A stretch of 64,000 bases of DNA from positions 13,432 through 77,431 of the forward strand of contig JBBARV010000002.1 in NCBI GenBank assembly GCA_040399625.1. Reading direction: 5' to 3'. Below, in pieces: positions 1 to 8,304 of this stretch. Every line of letters starts with the position of its first letter. Position 1 is the stretch's first letter. Both the position numbers and the translations under genes were made by a program. The notes under the pieces are model-generated. The model worked only from the letters and a program-made list of their open reading frames with translations. It searched no databases and was not told where the DNA came from. This DNA comes from Candidatus Nanopelagicales bacterium (GTDB lineage Bacteria > Actinomycetota > Actinomycetes > S36-B12).

Positions 1-131
1 GCGACCTTGAGGGAATCCAGATCTGCGGCCACCGCGAACGCCGCAAGTGCGCCGGTAACCATTTCATCAACTGAATCAGCATTGAGTGCGGATACTTGCT
101 TTGGGTCAAATGATTTATTGGGAGCTGACAA
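1..131 (-). CDS. pheS: Phenylalanine--tRNA ligase alpha subunit, 5' end only (runs off window)
   Basis: Not in ORF track. Manual translation from TTG at 131 gives MSAPNKSFDPKQVSALNADSVDEMVTGALAAFAVAADLDSLKV, matching the actinobacterial PheS N-terminus. GGAGG SD at 138-142. Expected position downstream of rplT-trmH. Confidence 0.88.
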   Translation of the reverse strand, partial: MSAPNKSFDPKQVSALNADSVDEMVTGALAAFAVAADLDSLKV

Positions 132-132
132 C

Positions 133-1971
133 CTAAGCCTCCAAAATCGCAGCAACGAGGAGATCGGCACTCGCCTCAACATCACCGGTGCCATGAACAA
201 TTAAATCTGGATTCAACGGCGGTTCATAGGCCTGACCAACACCTGTCATATTGGGCAAATTACCTGCCGCAGCCTTTGCATAGAGCCCTTTCGGGTCACG
301 CTCGGAACAGACATCAACCGGAGTGTCAACAAATACCTCGATGAAGTCGCCCTTTTCGAAGAGAGTCGCTGCGCTCTCACGGTCAGAACGGAATGGGGAG
401 ACAAGTGCTACGAACACCACAACCCCACTGTCTCGCATGAGCTTGCCCACTTCGGCTACCCGACGCACATTTTCGGCACGATCCTCCGGTGTAAATCCGA
501 GGTCTTTATTGAGTCCAGTTCGCATATTGTCACCGTCTAGGACATAGGTGTGGATTCCCATCGCATGCAATTTGCGTACGGCAGCATCGGCGATTGTTGA
601 CTTGCCCGAACCAGAAAGCCCGGTGAGCCATACAACTCGAGCAGAATGACCCATCAATGAAGCACGAGCTTGATGATCAACGTCGTAGACATGTGGAACA
701 ACATTGAACGCCCGACGCATGGCGTGACGAGAAAGTCCCGCTGCAACAGTGTCGGCGGTCACTCTGTCCACAAGCAAAAACCCACCCGTATCCCTGCACA
801 TTAAATACGGATCCATGGGGATTGGCCGATCTGTCGCGATCTCGACTCGCCCAATGTCGTTCATGTTCAATACTCGAGCGGCATGCTCATGCCCGGAGAC
901 GACGTCAAGACGATGTCGCACGTTAGTGACGGTGGCGGGGACTGAACGTGAACCGGAGATCAACAAATACGAGCGACCGTGCGCCAGTGGTTCTTCACCC
1001 AGCCACACCAAGTCAACGCCAAAACGGTCTGCTGGCTGAAGCGCCGTTCCTGCTGCCAAAATATCTCCGCGCGTTACATCAACTTCATGGTCGAGCGTGA
1101 TAGTAACCGCCTGACCGTACGTTGCCACCTCTAAGTCTGAATCGGCAGTGACGATCCGAGCAATTTTGGCGGTGCGGCCCGAGTCGGCAACCACAATTTC
1201 GTCTCCTGGACGAACCGATCCAGCGACAACCGTTCCGGCGTAGCCTCGAAAATTACCTTCAGCACGAACAATAAATTGAACCGGGAACCGAAAACCTTCA
1301 TCGGCTACCCGGCCAATGGGTTCCCAAACGGCAAGTGCACCCAGTAACGACTCACCCTTGTACCAAGGCATTGCGTCGGATTTAGTTGCAACGTTGGCGC
1401 CGGTGACAGCGCTCACTGGAATTCCATCAATTTGCTGCACCCCCAGACGTGCTGCAGTGGTTCTCACTTCACCCATTACTTGCTCAAATACCTCGTGGGA
1501 GTAATCAACAAGGTCCATTTTGTTGACAGCAACAATGATCGTTTGTACACCCATAAGCGCACAGACTGTGAGGTGTCGGTGGGTTTGTGGGCGAACCCCT
1601 CGAGCTGCATCTACGAGAAGTACCGCAACATCTCCATTCGAAGCAGCTACCGCCATGTTACGTGTGTACTGCTCGTGTCCGGGTGAATCAGCAATCAAAA
1701 CCCGTCTGCCGTTGGGCAGGTTGAGGTGCCGGTAGGCCACATCGATTGTGATGCCTTGTTCGCGTTCGGCTTCTAATCCGTCAGTCAACAGCGAGTAATC
1801 AACTTCGCCGACAGGGACTGTGGATCCCCCGCGTCGAGTAGTCCGCGCGTACTCCAGTTGGTCGATCGGCACACTGTCGGTTTCCACGAGTAGGCGACCG
1901 ATCAGTGTTGACTTGCCGTCGTCGACTGACCCGCAGGTAACAAGATGTAGTACAGGTGTTTGTCCACTCAT
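133..1971 (-). CDS. cysNC: Bifunctional sulfate adenylyltransferase subunit 1 / adenylyl-sulfate kinase (CysN-CysC fusion)
   Basis: GSVDDGKST, EREQGITID, DSPGH and NKMD GTPase motifs. C-terminal APS kinase with WLTGLSGSGKST, LDGDNMR and RDPKGLY. Confidence 0.96.
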   Translation of the reverse strand: MSGQTPVLHLVTCGSVDDGKSTLIGRLLVETDSVPIDQLEYARTTRRGGSTVPVGEVDYSLLTDGLEAEREQGITIDVAYRHLNLPNGRRVLIADSPGHEQYTRNMAVAASNGDVAVLLVDAARGVRPQTHRHLTVCALMGVQTIIVAVNKMDLVDYSHEVFEQVMGEVRTTAARLGVQQIDGIPVSAVTGANVATKSDAMPWYKGESLLGALAVWEPIGRVADEGFRFPVQFIVRAEGNFRGYAGTVVAGSVRPGDEIVVADSGRTAKIARIVTADSDLEVATYGQAVTITLDHEVDVTRGDILAAGTALQPADRFGVDLVWLGEEPLAHGRSYLLISGSRSVPATVTNVRHRLDVVSGHEHAARVLNMNDIGRVEIATDRPIPMDPYLMCRDTGGFLLVDRVTADTVAAGLSRHAMRRAFNVVPHVYDVDHQARASLMGHSARVVWLTGLSGSGKSTIADAAVRKLHAMGIHTYVLDGDNMRTGLNKDLGFTPEDRAENVRRVAEVGKLMRDSGVVVFVALVSPFRSDRESAATLFEKGDFIEVFVDTPVDVCSERDPKGLYAKAAAGNLPNMTGVGQAYEPPLNPDLIVHGTGDVEASADLLVAAILEA

Positions 1972-2885
1972 CAGAAATAGCCTTCAGCTTTCTTAGCTTC
2001 CATGGAACCGCCGCCTTCACCGTCAATCAGACGTCCAGAGCGCTCGGAGACCTTACTCGTTTCCATCTCAGTGATCAGGTCAGCCAGATTGTCTGCGGTT
2101 GATTCAACAGCCCCCGACAGTGGATAACAGCCAAGTGTTCGAAAACGTACACTTTTCATGACAGGAACTTCACCTTCATTGAGTGGGAAACGTTCGTCGT
2201 CGACCATGAGCAGAGTTCCACCCCGTTCGACAACCGGTCGCTCCTTAGCAAAATAAAGGCCTGGGATTTCAATATTTTCACGCTCTATGTAGCGCCAAAT
2301 ATCAAGCTCGGTCCAATTCGACAGGGGAAAAACTCGCATAGTTTGCTCAGGTGCAAGTTGGGTATTTGCCGTCCGCCAAAACTCAGGTCGTTGCTTTCGC
2401 GGATCCCAACGGTGTCCCGGCTCCCTCAGTGAAAAAATACGCTCCTTAGCGCGGCTACGTTCTTCGTCACGTCGCGCACCACCAATGGCTGCATCGAATT
2501 CATATCGATCAATTCCCTCGCGAAGCGCCACAGTTTTCATGAGTCGGGTGTACTCGTGGGTGCCGTGGGTGAAAGGTGTGACGCCTTCAGCCATTGCCGC
2601 CAGGTTCTGCGCGATCCTTAGATCAAGCCCGAGTTCTTTTGCCCGCCTGTCGCGGAACTCAATCATCTCCTTGAATTTCCAAGTCGTATCAATGTGCATC
2701 ACGGGAAATGGCAAAGGAGCGGGGTGAAAAGCCTTTATTGCTAAATGCAAGAGGACAGACGAGTCCTTACCGATGCTGTAGAGCAGAACCGGGTTCCGGA
2801 ATGCCGCAGCGCTTTCACGATAAATATGTATCGCTTCCGCCTCGAGTTCGTCAAGGACCGCTGAATATGGCACAGTCTGTTGCAC
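1971..2885 (-). CDS. cysD: Sulfate adenylyltransferase subunit 2
   Basis: YSIGKDS PP-loop, [18 protein letters not shown] and C-terminal KAEGYF. Start moved to GTG at 2885 (AGGAG 7 nt upstream). TGATG overlap with cysNC. Confidence 0.96.
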   Translation of the reverse strand: MQQTVPYSAVLDELEAEAIHIYRESAAAFRNPVLLYSIGKDSSVLLHLAIKAFHPAPLPFPVMHIDTTWKFKEMIEFRDRRAKELGLDLRIAQNLAAMAEGVTPFTHGTHEYTRLMKTVALREGIDRYEFDAAIGGARRDEERSRAKERIFSLREPGHRWDPRKQRPEFWRTANTQLAPEQTMRVFPLSNWTELDIWRYIERENIEIPGLYFAKERPVVERGGTLLMVDDERFPLNEGEVPVMKSVRFRTLGCYPLSGAVESTADNLADLITEMETSKVSERSGRLIDGEGGGSMEAKKAEGYF

Positions 2886-2960
2886 TCGGAGACTCCTGAC
2901 AAACGATTTTCGGTTAACGGATAGTTGAACTTCTGGCAAGCCTAATACCGCAGCGAGTGC

Positions 2961-3731
2961 CTACGCCTCGGAGAGTACTTCCATGCTGGAATCAGCGCTC
3001 GAGTCGGACTCAGTTCGAGCAGCACGCTTATTTACAACTGACTGATTGGCCTGAAGAATTACCGCTGGGTCCAGAAATGGTGATTCAATTCTGGGCACTG
3101 GGTTTCGCATAGAAATCCATGCTTGCAACTCCGGACCGGACTCATAAGAAGTAATCAGACAATAACGGGGTTCATCTCCAGGGTGCCAAACCGCGTGATA
3201 CAGGCGCTGAGTGTCAATAATGACTTGAGCACCCGCTGGCAGAGGAACCCTTACCTCAGTTGATGGGTCATCCCGATCCTCGCGTAGGACCATCATGGAA
3301 TTTGGGTTGTCCGTCAAGTTATAGAAAGAACGAACAATCCAACCCGTTCCATCGGGGTTAAGTCGGTTGTTGTCGTCTCTATGCAAATTGTAAATTGCGT
3401 CCTCATAAGTGTTTGGCTGCAATTCAATGACTCGACAACGACCAACATTCGCGCCCACTTCTTGGGCTCGTCTCGTTAAAATCGGAGCGATATCGACATT
3501 TTCTTGAACCCACACACCATCTTTATCTGTTTTAGGTGGAGTGTGATTCCAAAAACCGTCACACTCCATATCTCCGTACGCACTTGCCAGCGGCGCAAAG
3601 CGCGTATCTCCGGAAGACTTCCAATCAACGAAAACCAGGTTTTCCCACTCGCGCGGATCGGCCTCTTGATCATAGGAATCTACTATTACGAATCCGGTCT
3701 GGGCAAATATGGGTAACTTCGTGTACGACAT
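2961..3731 (-). CDS. Uncharacterised protein, probable Fe(II)/2-oxoglutarate-dependent oxygenase (Asp/Asn beta-hydroxylase-like DSBH pattern)
   Basis: 256-aa ORF with GRCRVIELQP, H117-R-D119, and IDTQRLYH179AVWHPGDEPR189YCLI. This gives an HxD...H triad with an Arg 10 residues after the distal His. Function inferred from motif pattern only. Confidence 0.6.
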   Translation of the reverse strand: MSYTKLPIFAQTGFVIVDSYDQEADPREWENLVFVDWKSSGDTRFAPLASAYGDMECDGFWNHTPPKTDKDGVWVQENVDIAPILTRRAQEVGANVGRCRVIELQPNTYEDAIYNLHRDDNNRLNPDGTGWIVRSFYNLTDNPNSMMVLREDRDDPSTEVRVPLPAGAQVIIDTQRLYHAVWHPGDEPRYCLITSYESGPELQAWISMRNPVPRIESPFLDPAVILQANQSVVNKRAARTESDSSADSSMEVLSEA

Positions 3732-3810
3732 GTGGCTATTTTCGCATTATGTCAACGGCTACGCGGCACTCAAGGGTGCGTGTTGGCGAGCATTTTCGCC
3801 CTGTGAGTAG

Positions 3811-4560
3811 TTAAATCACATGTGAATAAAGACACAATGCGGCGCTGACGGCCGCATTGAGTGACTCGACTCCATCAGCCATTGGGATCCGAACACCGGT
3901 AAAGCTCCACTTACCGGACACCCAAGTGTCGCTTACCCCATGAGCCTCTGAGCCAATAACCCAAATTGGATTACTTGAACCCGCCGAGATACCGGGGTGC
4001 AGTTCAACAGAACTCTGGCCGGTAAGAACAAAAACGGGGCGATCCTTGGGCAGCACTTCCGGACCAGCGACTTGAGCGATGGGGACATGAAACAGTGATC
4101 CAGCGCTGCTGCGAACGACTTTTGAATTCAGCGGGTCAACACATGAACCGAATGTGAGAATTCCAGCCGCACCGGCTGCATGCGCCGTACGGATAATTGT
4201 GCCCATGTTTCCCGGGTCAGACAGTGAATCAACAATGACTATTTGTCCTGGCCTCGACAAGATTTCCGTTGAGTCTTGCGTAGAAATTGAACACAGGGCC
4301 AACACACCTTGAGGCGATTCTGACTCACACAAGGCGCTCATGACTTCAAGCGAGACCAGCGTGGTGGCGGTGTCGTAACTTTCGAATTGCTCGAGGTACT
4401 CCTCGGTCAGGAAAAGTTCCTCGATTCGATCACTGGGAGCCATCGCGACAACGGATGGGCCCTCGGCTAAGAAGTGCCCTGCTGCGTAACGAGACGACTT
4501 CTTATGAAGTTTGGTGAGCTCTTTTACTCGCTCTGACTTACGCGAGGTGATGGTGCGCAA
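3811..4560 (-). CDS. TrmH/SpoU-family (TsnR-like) RNA 2'-O-methyltransferase
   Basis: DPGNMGTIIRTA, IGSEAHGVS and ESLNAAVS SPOUT motifs. TTG start abuts the rplT stop. Confidence 0.92.
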   Translation of the reverse strand: MRTITSRKSERVKELTKLHKKSSRYAAGHFLAEGPSVVAMAPSDRIEELFLTEEYLEQFESYDTATTLVSLEVMSALCESESPQGVLALCSISTQDSTEILSRPGQIVIVDSLSDPGNMGTIIRTAHAAGAAGILTFGSCVDPLNSKVVRSSAGSLFHVPIAQVAGPEVLPKDRPVFVLTGQSSVELHPGISAGSSNPIWVIGSEAHGVSDTWVSGKWSFTGVRIPMADGVESLNAAVSAALCLYSHVI

Positions 4561-4929
4561 CTAAGCGCTTTGCGCTGGAACAGCTGCGCGGGCCACTTCC
4601 ACCAATGCGGCAAAGGCCGCTTCGTCATTCACAGCAAGTTCAGCCAACATGCGACGATCTACTTCAATGTCAGCAGCCTTCAAACCCTGAATGAGGCGGT
4701 TGTAGGTCATGTCATTCGCACGGGCCGCAGCGTTGATGCGCTGAATCCACAAACGACGAAAATCACCCTTGCGCTTGCGACGGTCCGCATACGCGTAGAC
4801 CATCGAGTGCGTGACCTGCTCCTTGGCCTTGCGATACAAACGTGACCGTTGTCCGCGGTAACCAGAAGCGCGCTCGAGAATTACCCGACGCTTCTTGTGC
4901 GCATTTACTGAACGCTTAACGCGTGCCAT
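4561..4929 (-). CDS. rplT: 50S ribosomal protein L20
   Basis: MARVKR...GYRGQRSR...[18 protein letters not shown]. Confidence 0.99.
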   Translation of the reverse strand: MARVKRSVNAHKKRRVILERASGYRGQRSRLYRKAKEQVTHSMVYAYADRRKRKGDFRRLWIQRINAAARANDMTYNRLIQGLKAADIEVDRRMLAELAVNDEAAFAALVEVARAAVPAQSA

Positions 4930-5000
4930 GACTTCTCCTGATATTCGTTAGTTGAAAAATATTTATTTATGTAGCCAAATAGAACTGTTTGTTAATGGGA

Positions 5001-5195
5001 TTAGCGGCCAAGAAGTTTCTTGACTGACTTCAAATCTGCTGGTGAAACTTGCTGGTCGGCGGCAAGACGACGAGTTCGCTTGCTTGACTTGACCTCGAGC
5101 AGATGGCGCTTGTTCGCCTGCTCTCGCATGATTTTTCCGGAACCGGTTACCTTGAAACGCTTCTTGGCACCGCTGTGTGTCTTTTGCTTCGGCAT
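5001..5195 (-). CDS. rpmI: 50S ribosomal protein L35
   Basis: [21 protein letters not shown]. Confidence 0.99.
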   Translation of the reverse strand: MPKQKTHSGAKKRFKVTGSGKIMREQANKRHLLEVKSSKRTRRLAADQQVSPADLKSVKKLLGR

Positions 5196-5206
5196 GATCT
5201 TTCCTT

Positions 5207-5788
5207 TCAGTCCGTTTCCTGCGAAACGGGAGAATCGTCGGTTGCAGGCATTTCTTCCTGCTTCTTTCCTTCAGACTTCTTCCGCAGCGGTGCGAGCACC
5301 ATGAGCATGTTGCGCCCATCTTGCTTTGGAGCGGCCTCAACAAATCCAATTTCAGCTACATCTTCAGCTAAGCGACCCAGCAACTTGATTCCAAGCTCGG
5401 GCCGGCTTTGCTCACGTCCACGGAACATAATCGTGATCTTGACTTTGTCCCCGGCCTTGAGGAATCGAAGCACGTGACCTTTTTTCGTTTCGTAGTCATG
5501 TAAATCAATCTTGGGGCGAAGCTTCATTTCCTTGATCACGGTGTGCGACTGGTTCTTGCGCGATTCACGTTCCTTGAGAGCTGCTTCATATTTGAATTTG
5601 CCAAAATCCATGATCTTGCACACGGGTGGCTTTGACGTTGGCGCAACTTCAACAAGGTCCAGATCTGCTTCAAGTGCTAACCGGAGGGCGTCTTCAATTT
5701 TGACAACACCCACCTGCTCGCCCGCCGGTCCAACGAGGCGCACCTCCGGGACACGGATCCGGTCGTTGATCCTTGGTTCGACGCTGAT
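5207..5788 (-). CDS. infC: Translation initiation factor IF-3 (probable non-canonical ATC start)
   Basis: [20 protein letters not shown] and [14 protein letters not shown] motifs. AGGAGG-CGCC-ATC at 5799-5786; atypical starts are established for infC. Confidence 0.97.
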   Translation of the reverse strand: MSVEPRINDRIRVPEVRLVGPAGEQVGVVKIEDALRLALEADLDLVEVAPTSKPPVCKIMDFGKFKYEAALKERESRKNQSHTVIKEMKLRPKIDLHDYETKKGHVLRFLKAGDKVKITIMFRGREQSRPELGIKLLGRLAEDVAEIGFVEAAPKQDGRNMLMVLAPLRKKSEGKKQEEMPATDDSPVSQETD

Positions 5789-5860
5789 GGCGCCTCCTAT
5801 CAATTGACAATAAAAAGGGCAAAACTCGATCCAGATTTAACTTTTACCCCTGCGCATGAG

Positions 5861-5889
5861 AAAACCTCCGGCGCAGCGCGCACGGAGGT
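5861..5889 (-). terminator. Hairpin plus U-tract in the infC leader (possible attenuator/terminator)
   Basis: Minus strand ACCTCCG-tgcgcgctgcgc-CGGAGGT-TTTCT. Confidence 0.5.
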
Positions 5890-6046
5890 ACCGGCAGGGT
5901 ACTTACACCCTGTGCGTAGACCCCGAGAGGTACACGCCTTGACCAAGGAGATTGAAGTGATTGTACATTCGCATGCCACAATCCATACATCTTTTGGTGG
6001 GAACCGATGCTCCGCTTGCGGGACCTGGGTGTGACCCCAAGTCCAA
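5861..6046 (-). promoter_or_regulatory. Putative L20-responsive leader RNA of the infC-rpmI-rplT operon
   Basis: AAGCGGAGCATCGGTTCCCACC (6017-5996) resembles the 5' core of L20 leaders. Several hairpins and a terminator-like hairpin follow. Confidence 0.5.
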
Positions 6047-6054
6047 GGAGTGCA

Positions 6055-6063
6055 AGAGTAACA
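6055..6063 (-). promoter_or_regulatory. Extended -10 promoter element for the infC leader
   Basis: TGtTACTCT (TGn-TANNNT) just upstream of the leader. Confidence 0.45.
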
Positions 6064-6066
6064 GGT

Positions 6067-6396
6067 GTGAATGAGGAGAATTCTGCTGCCCTTGATATTT
6101 CAGAAGTTCCGGCTGTTGAGGTCGTCCTGACGGTGTCAGTGCACCTGATGTCCGCTGCCGCTATTGCCTGCGGATTAGCCGAGGACGGTGAGGGGTCGGA
6201 TTTAGCCGAAGCCCGAATTCTGATTAATGCCCTAGCCGGTCTAGTGAGCGCTTCTGCCCCGGACCTTGGCGCGATCCACGCGGCTCCACTTCGCGACGGG
6301 CTTCAAAGTCTTCAGCGGGCCTTTCGTGAGCGGTCGGCCATCCCCGACCCCCCAGGGATGGGCCCGGGCGAGGCCTTGACCGGTCCGGTTTATTAA
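6067..6396 (+). CDS. DUF1844-family protein
   Basis: DISEVPAVEV...HLMSAAA...DLAEAR.LI.ALAGL...LRDGLQSLQ.AFRE...GPGE; conserved position divergent from infC. Start set at GTG 6067. Confidence 0.85.
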   Translation: MNEENSAALDISEVPAVEVVLTVSVHLMSAAAIACGLAEDGEGSDLAEARILINALAGLVSASAPDLGAIHAAPLRDGLQSLQRAFRERSAIPDPPGMGPGEALTGPVY

Positions 6397-7070
6397 TTCG
6401 CCGCACGGCCTCCCTGAAGGCAAATCGCTATCCCCGCCGGAGCGAAACTATGTATTGCCGAGTCAGTCTGGACGATTTTTTCGACTTTTTCCATCAAGAA
6501 TTGAGGAACTTCTACCTGTAAAACCCCGTCTTGTCGATTCTCAAAAACAATGTGATCCCCCGATTCTGCGAGTTGCTCGCGCAGAAGAAGCGCCGCCCTA
6601 GCCCGCTGATCTTTAGCAGACAATGTGACAACATCAGCCAAAATCAAGGTCGCCGTATTGCCACCCGCTAGGTCAATGATGATCCCTTGAGCATTTTCAT
6701 CCAAAGCCGCTTCTGCTGCATCGGGCGCAGAAATCGGTACAGGTCGGGCATTTGGATTCCATTGGCTAAGTGTGTCAATTCCAGTGAAGCAAAGCAGACC
6801 CAGACGACCATCACGTGCCAGAAGGCAAGCGACACTCATATCTGAATTCTTGTCCCCTTCACTTGGCTCTCCCCCCGGCTGCGCGACGAGGGCAATAAAT
6901 AGTCGCGAGGGTGCCAACGCAGCCATGAGCGCATTGATCTCCCCATGTGCCAGGGCTGCACGCACATGTGGGTCAGCTTCCCCTTTGTCATTTGCCCACT
7001 GGGATTGAAAGTCCCCCAGACCCACGCCGTGATCCAGAGCGATCGAATCGCTATGGGGGTGCTCTCGCAT
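6393..7070 (-). CDS. SseB-family protein
   Basis: GDKNSDMS...DGRLGLLCFT...WNPNARPVP pattern; usual neighbour of DUF1844/infC. Confidence 0.78.
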   Translation of the reverse strand: MREHPHSDSIALDHGVGLGDFQSQWANDKGEADPHVRAALAHGEINALMAALAPSRLFIALVAQPGGEPSEGDKNSDMSVACLLARDGRLGLLCFTGIDTLSQWNPNARPVPISAPDAAEAALDENAQGIIIDLAGGNTATLILADVVTLSAKDQRARAALLLREQLAESGDHIVFENRQDGVLQVEVPQFLMEKVEKIVQTDSAIHSFAPAGIAICLQGGRAAN

Positions 7071-7101
7071 ATATGAACTGTACGCACGGCAGACTCAATC
7101 T
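7071..7101. promoter_or_regulatory. Back-to-back putative leaderless promoters for sseB (-) and the MFS gene (+)
   Basis: Minus TACAGT (7082-7077) lies 6 nt before ATG 7070. Plus CAGACT (7090-7095) lies 6 nt before GTG 7102. Confidence 0.5.
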
Positions 7102-8304
7102 GTGACTTCAACGTCGAGTATTCGCCCAACTCAAGTGCCTGCGGTTCCATCATGGGTGGTTCTCACCGCGGTCTCCCTCGTTGCAGTCAATCTTCGTCCC
7201 GTGATTTCAAGTCTTCCCACCGTCGCAACCGACATCGTTGAAGCAACGGGCTGGAGTTCAGCGACAATCGGCGTACTGACAACCATTCCGGTGCTCTGTA
7301 TGGGGCTTTTTGCGCTCGCTGTACCAGCGTTAGCCATGCAATTCGGCCGAAAGCACCTTGTCATCTTTGCTCTAATGGCCCTCACCGCCGCCACTTTGCT
7401 CAGAGCCGTCGAGGCCGTACCCGAATTACTATTTTTGTCCGCATTCCTTGCGGGAGTTGGAATCGCATTTGCGGCTGGGCTTATTCCAGGCATCGTTCGA
7501 GAACAACTTCCCCATTCCATTGGAAAGGCGAACTCGACGTGGACTGCATCACTCGCCGGTGGGGCGGCACTTGGCGGGGCACTTACGGTTCCCCTGGCGG
7601 TATGGCTTGGATCTTGGTCACTTGCCTTAGCATTCTGGGCCACCCCTGCATTAATCGCCTTGGCATTCTGGCTATTTGTTGAGCGCAAGACCACCGCACA
7701 TGATCGTCCTACCGTGATGGTTCGCCTACGCGAATTGCCTTGGCGAAACAAAATTGCCTGGGCGCTCGCCTTGAACATGACTTGCAACTCGATTATTTAT
7801 TACAGTTCCCTTGCGTGGATTGCGCCCTCATATGAAGCACGCGGATGGACTCAGGAAAATGCGGGTTGGCTCTTTGGTCTTTTCACCATATCCCAGGTTG
7901 TGGCCGCATTTGTGCTCGCTGGCTTGGCTGCTCGAATAAAACATCGAAGGTCCCTATTCGTTTCTGCCATTGGAATCACTTCGATGTCACTCTTTTGCAT
8001 CGCGTGGTTGCCCAACTTTGCACCATGGCTGGTGCTTCTCACTTTTGGCTTTGTCCTCAGTGGGAGTTTCGCCATGACACTTGGCTTACTCAGCGAATAC
8101 AGCAAAGATTCAGCGAGTGCTGCTCGGCTCACCGCAATGGTGTTCTTCATTACTTACACGGTTGCCGCTGCGGGACCGCTTATCGCCGGAACTCTCCTCG
8201 ATTATTTTGATTCATGGTCCCTCGTTTTCACGGTCCTAGGAGTCGCAGCCCTTCTACAATTATTGACCGTAATTCCCCTGCGCCGAGGCGCATACGTCAA
8301 TTAG
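7102..8304 (+). CDS. MFS transporter, CynX/NimT family
   Basis: VAVNLRPVISS and GVLTTIPVLC N-terminal signature; about 12 hydrophobic segments. Confidence 0.85.
   Translation: MTSTSSIRPTQVPAVPSWVVLTAVSLVAVNLRPVISSLPTVATDIVEATGWSSATIGVLTTIPVLCMGLFALAVPALAMQFGRKHLVIFALMALTAATLLRAVEAVPELLFLSAFLAGVGIAFAAGLIPGIVREQLPHSIGKANSTWTASLAGGAALGGALTVPLAVWLGSWSLALAFWATPALIALAFWLFVERKTTAHDRPTVMVRLRELPWRNKIAWALALNMTCNSIIYYSSLAWIAPSYEARGWTQENAGWLFGLFTISQVVAAFVLAGLAARIKHRRSLFVSAIGITSMSLFCIAWLPNFAPWLVLLTFGFVLSGSFAMTLGLLSEYSKDSASAARLTAMVFFITYTVAAAGPLIAGTLLDYFDSWSLVFTVLGVAALLQLLTVIPLRRGAYVN

Noticed and set aside
133-3810. Cassette as a recent mobile element
   Set aside because: No integrase, transposase, tRNA or terminal repeats seen. 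Base composition is not clearly distinct by eye, and the cassette is tightly coupled to pheS.
7131-7787. 218-aa minus-strand ORF
   Set aside because: Antisense shadow of the MFS gene with no recognisable motifs.
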